A stretch of 10,986 nucleotides of DNA, taken from Candidatus Xenobia bacterium. Lineage in GTDB: Bacteria; Vulcanimicrobiota; Xenobia; Xenobiales; QWHO01. The number at the start of each line of letters is the position of its first letter. Within the stretch, counting starts at the first letter, position 1. This document shows, piece after piece, positions 1-10,886 of this stretch. The DNA lies in assembly GCA_045863235.1 (NCBI GenBank), contig BTUM01000142.1, forward strand, positions 1 to 10,986. Reading direction: 5' to 3'. The notes under the pieces are model-generated. The model saw only the letters and a program-made list of their open reading frames with translations, searched no databases and had not been told where the DNA came from. Position numbers and translations under genes: made by a program.

Positions 1-1
1 T

Positions 2-84
2 CCGCCCCGAGCCGGTGCGCGAGGCCCTCCAGGACGCTCGTCCCGTGCGCGAGGCCCGCCCCGAGCCGGTGCGCGAGGCCCTCC
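2..84 (+). repeat. Intragenic direct repeat (29 bp x2, period 54) encoding RPEPVREAL
   Basis: CCGCCCCGAGCCGGTGCGCGAGGCCCTCC occurs at 2-30 and 56-84, with a partial GTGCGCGAGGCCC copy between them. The period is a multiple of 3. Confidence 0.85.
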
Positions 85-2451
85 GGGTCGAGCCCGCTCC
101 TGCTCAAACCTTGCGTCAGGTCGCCCCCGAACGCCCGACCACCCTCGAACCTGAGCCCAGGCCGCTCGAGCCCGTCGAGAGCGTTCGGCGCCTGGAGCCC
201 ACCAGGCGCCGCGGCGAGGCTGAGCGCCAGAGCGAGTCAGTCTCGCCGAACCGGTCCGACAAGAGCTGGGAGGAGTCCGCTGCTCAGGGTGCTCTCCCAC
301 GAGAGAGCCCCCGCCCCAACTCCCCAGGCGCCGCCCCCGTCGAGGCGGTGCAGGCAATCGGGTTCGAGCCCCGCCGAGCCACCCTGACCGAGCTGGCTCA
401 GGAGGCTCGCCAGCAGCAGCAGTCGGCCCCGTTCTACAAATCGACCCCACCGCGTCCGCCCCAGATGCACGCCTACGGCTCCGAGCCCGAGAGCGGCGAA
501 GCCGAGGAGCCCATCTTCGGGCTGCAGGTGACCGCTTACCGCGAGGCCGAGTTGCGCCGCTTCGAGCATCGTCTCGGTCAGGTCGAGGAGACGGAGGATC
601 GCGAGGGCGGCCGCGAGGGCGGCCAGAACGGCGAGGAGCAAGAGAAGCAACGCCGCCAGGAAGAGGAGCGCCAGGAGGGGCAGGAGGCCAGCGACGCCGA
701 GGAGGAGGAAGAGGAAGACGGCGAGGAGCAAGGGTCAGAGCCAGAGCTGGCCCTGCTCGGCGAGCCCGGGTCGGAGCCCCTGCTCGAACGCGAGGCCCCG
801 CCGCCGGGGTTCGGCCCGCCCGGCCTGACCGCCGGGGACGGGCTCGACCTGGCCGACCTCGGGACAAGCTCCGGGGTGGGAACTCTCACCGATGGCCTTG
901 CTGGCGTGACCGTCAGGACTGCCCGGTCGGGAGAAGCTGACTACCTGCTGGCCGCCACCGCCGGACTGGCTCCGCTGCAGGCCCGTCGCGTCACCGCGCT
1001 GATCACCGAGCACCGCTTCTCGGCCCTGGAAGCCCGTCAGGCCGTGCAACTGGGATTGGCTCCCGAGCAGTCCGGCCTGACCCCGGACCAGACCCGTCGG
1101 GCGGTGGCGCTCTGCCTGCGCTCGGGCCTGAGCGCCGAGCAGGCCTGGAAGGCTGTCACCGCCGGGCTCCCCACCGCTGAGGAGAGCCGCCGCTCGGGTC
1201 TGGGACTGGCTCCTCGTCACGACGAGCGCCCCCTCGAGCCGCCCGACGAGCTGGCCGCGCTGGGCTTTCATCCGGGCGCCCTGGGCCACGACCTGCGCCT
1301 GGACGACCCCACCGGCGTTGGCCTGCGCGACCTGTCCGTCGACCCGGCCACCCGCCTGCAGCGAGCCCGCGCCCGCAAGAATCCGCCCGCGCAGGCTCCC
1401 CCCGTGCTCGAAGCCCCTCCCGAGACCCCGCTGGAGGTGGTGGAGGTGGAGCGCGGCTGGCTGGGCGGCATCGTCCCGAGGCGCCCGGACCCCCTGGAAT
1501 GGGCCTGCTCGCCCGGTCGAACCTTCTTCTGGAGCGTCACCCCCGCCCTCAACGCTCCCCTGGTGGGGGTGGCCACCTGGGCTCGCTTCCGGCGCAGCCC
1601 CTGGCAGCTCGATCTGCGCAAGGTTGCTCCCAGCGTCGAGAGCGGCTTCCCGCTTCCTCACTTCTTCGCCCAGATGGTGCCCTGGCTCGACTCGAGGATG
1701 ATGGCTCACTTTTACTCCCGGGCCACCCGCTTCATCTCGAGCTACGCCGCCACCTTGCTGCGCAAGGCCAAAGAGAAGCGCCGCCAGCTCTCCGAGGAGG
1801 AGATCCTCAACTACCTGCTCGGGCTGCTGGCCCTGGGAGGCGAGTTCACCCACCAGCACTCGGTGCGGGTGATGAAGCTCTCGATCGCGCTCTGCCGTGA
1901 GCTGGGCATGACCGACCGCGAGACGCTGCGCCAGATCGGTCTGTCGGCGCTGCTCAAGGACATCGGTGAGGTGGATCTGATGATCGAGCGCTCGCCCAAA
2001 AATTACGGACAGCGCGTGACCCACTTCCTGACCGGCCAGGACCTGCACAAAGCGGGCCTGCTGCACGATCTCGGCAAGCTGAAAGTGCCTCACGAGATCC
2101 TCTACAAGCCGGGAGCCCTGACCCAGGAAGAGTTCGCGGTCATGAAGATGCACCCGGTCTACTCCGAGGAGATCCTGTGGCCGTTCCTCTACTTCCGGCC
2201 CCTTTGCCCCATCGTGCGCGGACACCACGAGCGCTGGGACGGCAAGGGCTACCCGGACGGCCTCAAGGGCGAGGAGATCCCCATCGGGGCTCGCATCATC
2301 GCGCTGGCCGACGTCTTCGACGCCCTCTTCGCCGACCGACCCTACCGGGCCGGGATGCCCCTGGAAAAAGTGTGCAAGATCATCGCCGAGGGGCGCGGCA
2401 CCCATTTCGACCCCAGCCTGGTGGACCCGTTCCTCAAGGCCGTCAAGACGC

Positions 2452-4898
<2,447 letters not shown>

Positions 4899-4902
<4 letters not shown>

Positions 4903-6068
4903 TGGTGGTGCGGGGTGGGCGGCGCTGCCAGCTCGTTGGGTCCGGAGTGAGCCACTCCCAGGGCTTCGGCGTCCAGGTCAGGAGGGGCGAAGATCCAGCC
5001 CTTTTTGTAGAAGAACCAGAGCTCGACGATGGCGATCACGAGCATGGTAAAGATGCAAAGGGGATAGCCGTAGTACATGTTCAACTCGGGCATGTTGAGC
5101 GGCGACTTCTCGGTATTGAAGTTCATCCCGTAGATGCCGGCCACGAAGGTGAGCGGAACGAAGATGGTGGTGATGATGGTCAGCACCTTCATCACCTCGT
5201 TCATGCGGTTGGAGATGCTGCTCAAGTAGACGTCCATCAAGCTCGAGCCCAGCTCGCGGTAGGTCTCCACCAGGTCGATGACCTGCACGCAATGATCGTA
5301 GCAGTCGCGCAAGAAGACCCGGGTCTCGGCCGAGATGAGCGGGACATCCTCGCGGAACAGAGGATTGATGGCCTCGCGCAGGGGCCACACGGCCCGGCGC
5401 ACGATGAGAAGGTCGCGCTTGATGTCGTGGATGCGCCGGACAATGCTGCGGTCGGGCCGGAGCAGCACCTCGTTCTCCAGATCTTCGAGCTGCTCACCCA
5501 TGCGCTCGAGCACCGGAAAGTAGCTGTCGATCACCGCGTCGATCAGGTGATAGGCCAGAAAGTCGCACGAGCCTCCGCGCAGCCGGGTGGACTCCTTGCG
5601 GATGCGCTCGCGCACGGGCTCGAGGCAGTCGCCAGGAATGCCCTCCTGGAAAGTGAGCACGAAGTGCTCACCGAGGAAGATGCTGATCTGCTCGGTCTCG
5701 ATGCGACCCTCCATCTGGTGGAGCATGCGCAGAACCACGAAGTAGTAGCCGTCGTAGAGGTCCACCTTGGCCCGCTGGTGCACGTTGACCACGTCCTCCA
5801 GCGCCAGCCGGTGCAGGTTGTAGATGCGACCGAGCTCAGCCACCACGTGGGCGTCGCCCAGCCCGTCCACGTTGACCCAGATGATGGGATACTTGTCTTT
5901 GTTTTGCTCGATCCAGCTGACGTCTTCCAGCTTCTGCTCCACCAGGTGACCCGCGCTGAAGGCCATCAAATCGATGACCGGCTTGGGGGCGTTGGGGTCG
6001 GCGGTGATCGTTCCGGGCGGAACCCAGTGGGCAACCCGCTTCTTCTTCATCTTTCTGGACCGGGCCAT
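4899..6068 (-). CDS. corA: Magnesium/cobalt transporter CorA
   Basis: WVNVDG, LHRLALED, QRAKVD, MNEVMKVLT, the signature GIYGMNF, the MPEL loop and two C-terminal hydrophobic helices. Confidence 0.96.
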
Positions 6069-6129
6069 GCGGGCTCAAGTTCGAACGTGCGCAGGCAAAT
6101 TCCCCTGCCCGGCCGAAAGCCTGGACATC

Positions 6130-7086
6130 TTGCGCGACTGGCTTCCTCAGGGCAAAAAGGCGGCGGTGTGCTTCACCATCGACGACATCCATCCCGGTAA
6201 GAGCAGCGATCTCTATGAAGCCGGCGGCGACCTCGACGCGGGTGCGCTGGGGCAGGTACACTGGCTGCTCAAGCGCCATCCGCAACTGTGGGTGACTCTG
6301 TTCACCACCGCCGACTGGCGAGAGACCTCGCCCGTTCCCACTCTGAAGATGCTGGCTAAGAACCCGTATCTGCGCGACAAGCTCTACCTCACCGAGCTGC
6401 ACCCGGTCGGCACCATGCGGCTGGGGCGGCACCCCGAGTTCGTGGCCTACCTCAAGTCGCTCCCCCGCACCGAGCTGGCTTTCCACGGGCTGCACCACAT
6501 CCACAAAGGCCCCAAGGTGCTGGTGGAGTTCCAAAACGACCTGTCGCTGGAGGAGTGCCGGGCCATCGTGGGCGAGATGATCGCCGTCTTCGAGGAGGCC
6601 GGCCTGAAGTATGCGCGCGGCATGAATCCGCCCGGGTGGGAGTTTCCGCCCCACCTGGCCACGGCCATGATCGAGGCCGGGCTGATCTTCGTCAGCTCGG
6701 CGCGCGATATCCGCACCCCCATCTCACCCGATGCGGTCACGGCCATGAGCGGTCTGACCGGACGCTCGCTCATCTTTCCCGAGCGCATCTGCGACGGGAA
6801 GCTCGTCCACTTCACGGCCAACTTCCAGGCCACCAGCCGCATCGAGCGGGCCTTCGAGATCATCGACCAGGGCGGGCTCTTGAACATCAAGGCCCACATC
6901 ATCAAGAACGCCTGCGGCTACATCATGCTCGACGGGGTGGACGAGCTCTACTGCAACTACCTCGACCTCCTCTTCAGCGAGCTGGAGCGGCGCTACGGCG
7001 ATGCGCTCTGGTGGACCTCGGTGGGAGCGATCGCCGAAAGGATGATGAGCCGCGATGGACGTGCTGCACAACCCGCCGGGTCTTGA
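6130..7086 (+). CDS. Polysaccharide deacetylase-like protein (CE4/NodB superfamily, DUF2334-like)
   Basis: CFTIDD (TFDD-like motif 1), ELAFHGLHH (HxxxH metal motif), NPPGW (motif 3-like) and a late NIKAH. The start is uncertain. TTG 6130 gives the typical 'W.P.GK.AAV.FT.DD' N-terminus, whereas ATG 6067 and 5974 overlap corA. Confidence 0.72.
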   Translation: MRDWLPQGKKAAVCFTIDDIHPGKSSDLYEAGGDLDAGALGQVHWLLKRHPQLWVTLFTTADWRETSPVPTLKMLAKNPYLRDKLYLTELHPVGTMRLGRHPEFVAYLKSLPRTELAFHGLHHIHKGPKVLVEFQNDLSLEECRAIVGEMIAVFEEAGLKYARGMNPPGWEFPPHLATAMIEAGLIFVSSARDIRTPISPDAVTAMSGLTGRSLIFPERICDGKLVHFTANFQATSRIERAFEIIDQGGLLNIKAHIIKNACGYIMLDGVDELYCNYLDLLFSELERRYGDALWWTSVGAIAERMMSRDGRAAQPAGS

Positions 7087-7969
7087 ATCGGAGTACCTGG
7101 CCAGCCTGAACAGCGTCTTTCCAGGCTGGGGCGACGAGCGCAAGTTCCACTGGTTCTTCCAGCGCACGCCGGCCGACCTGATGCTCATCAAGAAAGACGG
7201 CCAGACTCTGGCCGGCTCGGCCGTCTGCTACCGGCGCGTGCGCCTGCCCAAGGGCGAGGTCAAGGTGGGCATCATGACCGGCTCCTGGACCCTCCCCGAG
7301 GCCCGCGGGCAGGGCTGTTTCGGGCGCATCATCGCCGAGTCGGTGGAGCTGACCCGCCGGGCCGGCGGGGCCCTGCTCCTGGCCTTCGTGACCCACGACA
7401 ACGCCAGCCGCCGCCAGCTCGAGCGGGCCGGCTCGGGAATGGTTCCCTCGAGTTATCTCTTCGCCACCCCCGAGACGCCGGTGCCGACTGGCCCGGCACT
7501 GAGCCCCGGCCAGGGTCCTTTGCTCGAGCTTCTGAGCCAGCGCTACCGTGGCTACAACCATTTCTCCTACCGCGACGAGTCCGAGTTGCAGGCCAACTTC
7601 CTGGCTCGCTTCGAGCCCACCGAGCTTCGCCAGGACGCTGACGGGCTCTCGGTGCTGGAGGTCAAGCCCGACAACGTGCTGCTCCAGCTTGCTACGCACC
7701 CGAGCGTGCTGGCCGGGCCCCTTGGCTTTGCCTTGAGCACGGGGAGGCGCTTTTTCCTGTATTCGACGCGTCCCGAAGTGACCGAGCGTGCCTCGAGCCT
7801 GGGCCTGGCCTGCAAGGAGGGCTTCATGACCGTGCTGCTGGCCGACGAAGAGCGCCTGCGGGCGGCCACCGGGATTCAGGCGCCGTGGGAAGACTCCACC
7901 CACCTGGCCCGGCCCGACAGCCCCTGGTACCTGGGGCCCTGGGACGTGCAGTCGGGCGATCGCACTTGA
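7055..7969 (+). CDS. GNAT-family N-acetyltransferase with an additional C-terminal domain
   Basis: Acetyl-CoA motif A GSWTLPEARGQGCF and motif B-like FVTHDNASRRQLERAG. Overlaps the upstream gene by 32 bp. Confidence 0.78.
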   Translation: MDVLHNPPGLESEYLASLNSVFPGWGDERKFHWFFQRTPADLMLIKKDGQTLAGSAVCYRRVRLPKGEVKVGIMTGSWTLPEARGQGCFGRIIAESVELTRRAGGALLLAFVTHDNASRRQLERAGSGMVPSSYLFATPETPVPTGPALSPGQGPLLELLSQRYRGYNHFSYRDESELQANFLARFEPTELRQDADGLSVLEVKPDNVLLQLATHPSVLAGPLGFALSTGRRFFLYSTRPEVTERASSLGLACKEGFMTVLLADEERLRAATGIQAPWEDSTHLARPDSPWYLGPWDVQSGDRT

Positions 7970-7979
7970 GCAAGGACGA

Positions 7980-8462
7980 ATGCCGGCTCAGCCCGAAGGC
8001 AGCCCGGTGCCCCTCAGCTGTCCGGCCTGCGCCAAAGCCACCCTCGAGCCCTGGAGAGACTCTACCACCGGGCTGGAGATCGACTGCTGCGCCGAATGCC
8101 GTGGCTTCTGGTTCGACGGCGAGGAGCTCTCGCGGCTCTTCCCCAGCCAGGAGCTCTTCTCGCGCGTGTTCCGACTCGAGCTCGACGCCCTGACACCCGA
8201 GCCCGGAGGCGAGCGGGGCTGTCCTCGTTGCCTGAAGGCCCTCAAGCTGACCCGGGCCCTGGAGGTGGAGATCGACGTCTGCCGGCACTGCCGCGGCATC
8301 TGGCTGGACGCGGGCGAGCTCTTGCTCCTGGTGCAGAGCTATCCGGGCCGGCGCGAGGGCGACCTGATGGTGCTCAACCAGCTCGCCTCCGGCCTGGCCA
8401 GCGCCGAATCGCAACGGTCGGCCCTCAAAACCTTGCTCGAGGTGCTGGGCCAGAACGCATGA
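7980..8462 (+). CDS. Protein with two zf-TFIIB-like zinc ribbons
   Basis: CPAC...LEIDCCAECRGFWFDGEEL and CPRC...VEIDVCRHCRGIWLDAGEL, two copies of the CxxC..ID.CxxC.G.W.D.GEL pattern. AAGGA lies just upstream of the ATG. Confidence 0.85.
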   Translation: MPAQPEGSPVPLSCPACAKATLEPWRDSTTGLEIDCCAECRGFWFDGEELSRLFPSQELFSRVFRLELDALTPEPGGERGCPRCLKALKLTRALEVEIDVCRHCRGIWLDAGELLLLVQSYPGRREGDLMVLNQLASGLASAESQRSALKTLLEVLGQNA

Positions 8463-9934
8463 CGACCCGGGTCTACCTGCTCTACACCGGCGGAACGGTC
8501 GGCATGCGCCCACTCGACCCGGGAAATCCGCTCAGCCCGCTCGCGCCGGCCTCGAGCCAGGAGCTGCTCGAGCGCATTGAGGGGCTGGGCGATGAGGAAG
8601 GCATCGCCTGGCAGCTGGGCACTTTGCTCGATGAGGACGGCCGGGAGCTGCCGCCGCTCGACTCGGCCGATCTCAGCGCCCGGCACTGGATCCTCATGGC
8701 CGAGGCCATCGAGCGGGTCTACGCCGACTACGACGGCTTCGTGGTGCTGCACGGCACCGACACCATGGCCTATACCGCCTCGGCGCTCTCGTTTCTGCTG
8801 GCCAACCTGGCCAAGCCGGTGGTGCTGACGGGGGCCCAGCGCCCGATTTTCGCCACCCGCACCGACGCCCGCCAGAACCTGATCAACGCCCTCTACGTGG
8901 CTGGCTACAAGGCCACCGGGCTGCCCTGCGTGCCCGAGGTGACCATCTGCTTTGGGGACGCGCTGCTGCGCGGTAATCGCACCCGCAAGGTGAGCACCAA
9001 CGCCTGGCAGGGATTCGCCTCACCCAACTATCCCCGACTGGGCCACCTGGGCGAGCAGATCCGGATCTTTCCCGACCTGGTGCGAGCCATGCCCGACGAG
9101 CGCGCGCCTTTCTACGTGCACCACCAGCTCGAGGAGCAGGTCATCGACCTGACCCTGTTCCCCGGGATGCACGCTGGCCAGCTCGGCTCGCTGCTCGATC
9201 ATCCCGAGCTGCGCGGGGTGGTCTTGCGCGCTTTCGGCACCGGCAACGCGCCGGGCGACTCGGAACTGCTCGAGCTGATCGGCCGGGCCGCCAGCGGGCC
9301 CGATCCCAAGACCATTCTAACGGTCACCCAGTGCATCGAGGGGCAGGTGGAGCTCGGGCTCTATGCCTCTTCCAGCGCGCTGCTGGAGGAAGGGGTGATC
9401 GGGGGCTTCGACCTCACGCCCGAAGCGGCGCTGGCCAAGTTGATGTGGATTCTGGCCAACCACGACCGCAGCGAGGTGCGCACCCGGCTGATGCTGGATC
9501 AGCGGGGCGAGCAGAGCTACAACCTGTTCGAGCTGAGCTATCCCCCTGCAGGGCGCAAGAGCGAGCCGGTCGACCTGGCCAGCGCCTCGGCCCAGCCCGC
9601 CGGTCCGGTCAACCGCGACCGGCTGGTGCGGGCAGTGCTTCGGATCCACGGCCTGGGGGTCAGCGACGTCAAGCGCGGGGAGCTCTTCAGCCTGCGCCTG
9701 TTCGTCAACTCGAGTGGAATCAAGCCCGACACCCCGAGCGACGACCCGCGCTGCGCGGCCGAGTGCGAGGCCCTCTACCAGGGGCCCGGGGCCACGCTGA
9801 TGGTGGCCGACGTGACCGCCGGGGTGCGCCGGCTGATGGAGGAGCAGCGCCCCTTCCATCTCACCCTGACGGCGGGCCGCAAGCACTTCTGGTATCGCCG
9901 GCTGGAGCTGGCCCTGATGGTCGCGAGTCGCTAG
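8459..9934 (+). CDS. ansA: Type I (cytosolic) L-asparaginase, AnsA-like, with a C-terminal extension (491 aa)
   Basis: YTGGTVGM, LDSADL, GFVVLHGTDTMAYTASALSF, KPVVLTGAQ, RGNRTRKVS, FASPN, AFGTGN, VTQC and DLTPEAALAKL. ATG 8459 overlaps the upstream stop (ATGA). No signal peptide. Confidence 0.92.
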   Translation: MTTRVYLLYTGGTVGMRPLDPGNPLSPLAPASSQELLERIEGLGDEEGIAWQLGTLLDEDGRELPPLDSADLSARHWILMAEAIERVYADYDGFVVLHGTDTMAYTASALSFLLANLAKPVVLTGAQRPIFATRTDARQNLINALYVAGYKATGLPCVPEVTICFGDALLRGNRTRKVSTNAWQGFASPNYPRLGHLGEQIRIFPDLVRAMPDERAPFYVHHQLEEQVIDLTLFPGMHAGQLGSLLDHPELRGVVLRAFGTGNAPGDSELLELIGRAASGPDPKTILTVTQCIEGQVELGLYASSSALLEEGVIGGFDLTPEAALAKLMWILANHDRSEVRTRLMLDQRGEQSYNLFELSYPPAGRKSEPVDLASASAQPAGPVNRDRLVRAVLRIHGLGVSDVKRGELFSLRLFVNSSGIKPDTPSDDPRCAAECEALYQGPGATLMVADVTAGVRRLMEEQRPFHLTLTAGRKHFWYRRLELALMVASR

Positions 9935-9994
9935 CCGTCAATCTTCCGGAAACATCGCGGCAACGTTCTGGCAAGCGTCCGGTGACATTCCGGC

Positions 9995-10000
9995 TACAAT
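9995..10000 (+). promoter_or_regulatory. Candidate sigma70 -10 element for the HTH-nuclease gene
   Basis: TACAAT (5/6 match to TATAAT) in the 85-bp intergenic gap, 19 nt before ATG 10020. No convincing -35 at 17-bp spacing. Confidence 0.35.
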
Positions 10001-10019
10001 CGGATGCGATGATCAGGGC

Positions 10020-10883
10020 ATGACAAGGATGCCCTTTCACCTCCGCCTCAAACACGAGCGGCGCCTGCGCCGCTGGACCCAACGCGAGCTGGCTGAGCGC
10101 AGCTCGCTCAACCGGTGGCTCATCAGCCACCTGGAGAACAGGCGTCGCCTTCCCAATCGCGAGCACGTCGTGCGGCTTGCGAAGGCCTTCGGGCTCAGGC
10201 CGGACGAGTTGCTGGGGAGCACCAACCTGCGGGCTACCCCTCGCCCTCGGCCGTCCTGGCATCGGAGTAAGCTATGGCGAAGGTTTGCGCCGCGTCGGGG
10301 TCGCTACGTCCTCGACCGCGAGCGCGACAACTGGGTTCGCTTGAGAGCTGCCCGCAAAGGCTACCGGGCCCAATACGACCTGTGGCTGCCCAGGGCGCTC
10401 GGGCGGCAGGGTCGCGAGGGGTTCTCCGAGTTTCTCCATTTCGCGTGCTGCGGCTCCGGGCTGGAGATGGTTTCGTGGCTCAAACTCATGACGGTGGGCA
10501 TCCTCTCCTATTTCAGCCTGATGCGGCTGGGCTGGCGACGCCTCCCGATCATCGAGGAACCGTCGGGCAATCTGGTCGGTGATCTGCTTTGGCCAGCCCT
10601 GGTGCTGGACGGTCCTCTGCTCTGCGCGCTCTTTCCTCAGGTTCGCGTCTTGACGCCGGACGGTCCATTCAGGATGGACCTGCTCGCTTGCGTGCGCGTG
10701 GGCAAGAGCCTGGTCTGGGTCAACATCGAGGTCGACGGGCCCTATCACAGGGCTGACCGCGATGAGCGGCGCCGGAAACTCATCGGCCTCCCGAGAGTGA
10801 AGCTCACCGAGGAGGATATCTGCGCCCCCGACTTCATCGACCGACTGTTCGAGAAGCTCGCCGTCGCCGTGGCTGCGCCCTGA
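10020..10883 (+). CDS. XRE-family HTH fused to a Vsr/DUF559-like endonuclease domain
   Basis: N-terminus RLKHERRLRRWTQRELAERSSLNRWLISHLENRRRLPNREHVVRLAKAFGLRPDELL is a typical HTH_3. C-terminus SGLE...FPQVRV...FRMDLL...VNIEVDGPYH..DRDERR...LPRVKLTEEDI follows the DUF559/Vsr-like pattern. Alternative start ATG 10029. Confidence 0.78.
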   Translation: MTRMPFHLRLKHERRLRRWTQRELAERSSLNRWLISHLENRRRLPNREHVVRLAKAFGLRPDELLGSTNLRATPRPRPSWHRSKLWRRFAPRRGRYVLDRERDNWVRLRAARKGYRAQYDLWLPRALGRQGREGFSEFLHFACCGSGLEMVSWLKLMTVGILSYFSLMRLGWRRLPIIEEPSGNLVGDLLWPALVLDGPLLCALFPQVRVLTPDGPFRMDLLACVRVGKSLVWVNIEVDGPYHRADRDERRRKLIGLPRVKLTEEDICAPDFIDRLFEKLAVAVAAP

Positions 10884-10886
10884 AGC

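Noticed and set aside
2..84. Left-edge 29-bp direct repeat as a CRISPR array
   Set aside because: It is in frame within a coding region (period 54), and the intervening sequence contains a partial copy of the repeat.
735..2405. 556-aa minus-strand ORF
   Set aside because: Antisense shadow of the HD-GYP gene, typical of high-GC codon bias, with no recognisable motifs.
5974..6129. N-terminal extension of the deacetylase ORF
   Set aside because: It overlaps the start of corA on the opposite strand, and family-like sequence begins only at about 6130.
8096..8458. 121-aa N-terminal extension of the asparaginase in the ORF track
   Set aside because: It overlaps the zinc-ribbon gene in another frame. 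ATG 8459 with ATGA coupling puts the TGGT motif at its usual N-terminal position.
9331..10023. 230-aa alternative-frame ORF overlapping the asparaginase 3' half
   Set aside because: Low-complexity Ala/Gly/Arg frame with no motifs, overlapping a well-supported gene.
10020..10883. Calling the HTH-nuclease a known Cas protein or transposase
   Set aside because: I see no RuvC, HNH, paired HEPN, Cas4 Fe-S cysteine, Cas1/2/6 or DDE/HUH motifs, and no terminal inverted repeats flank the gene.
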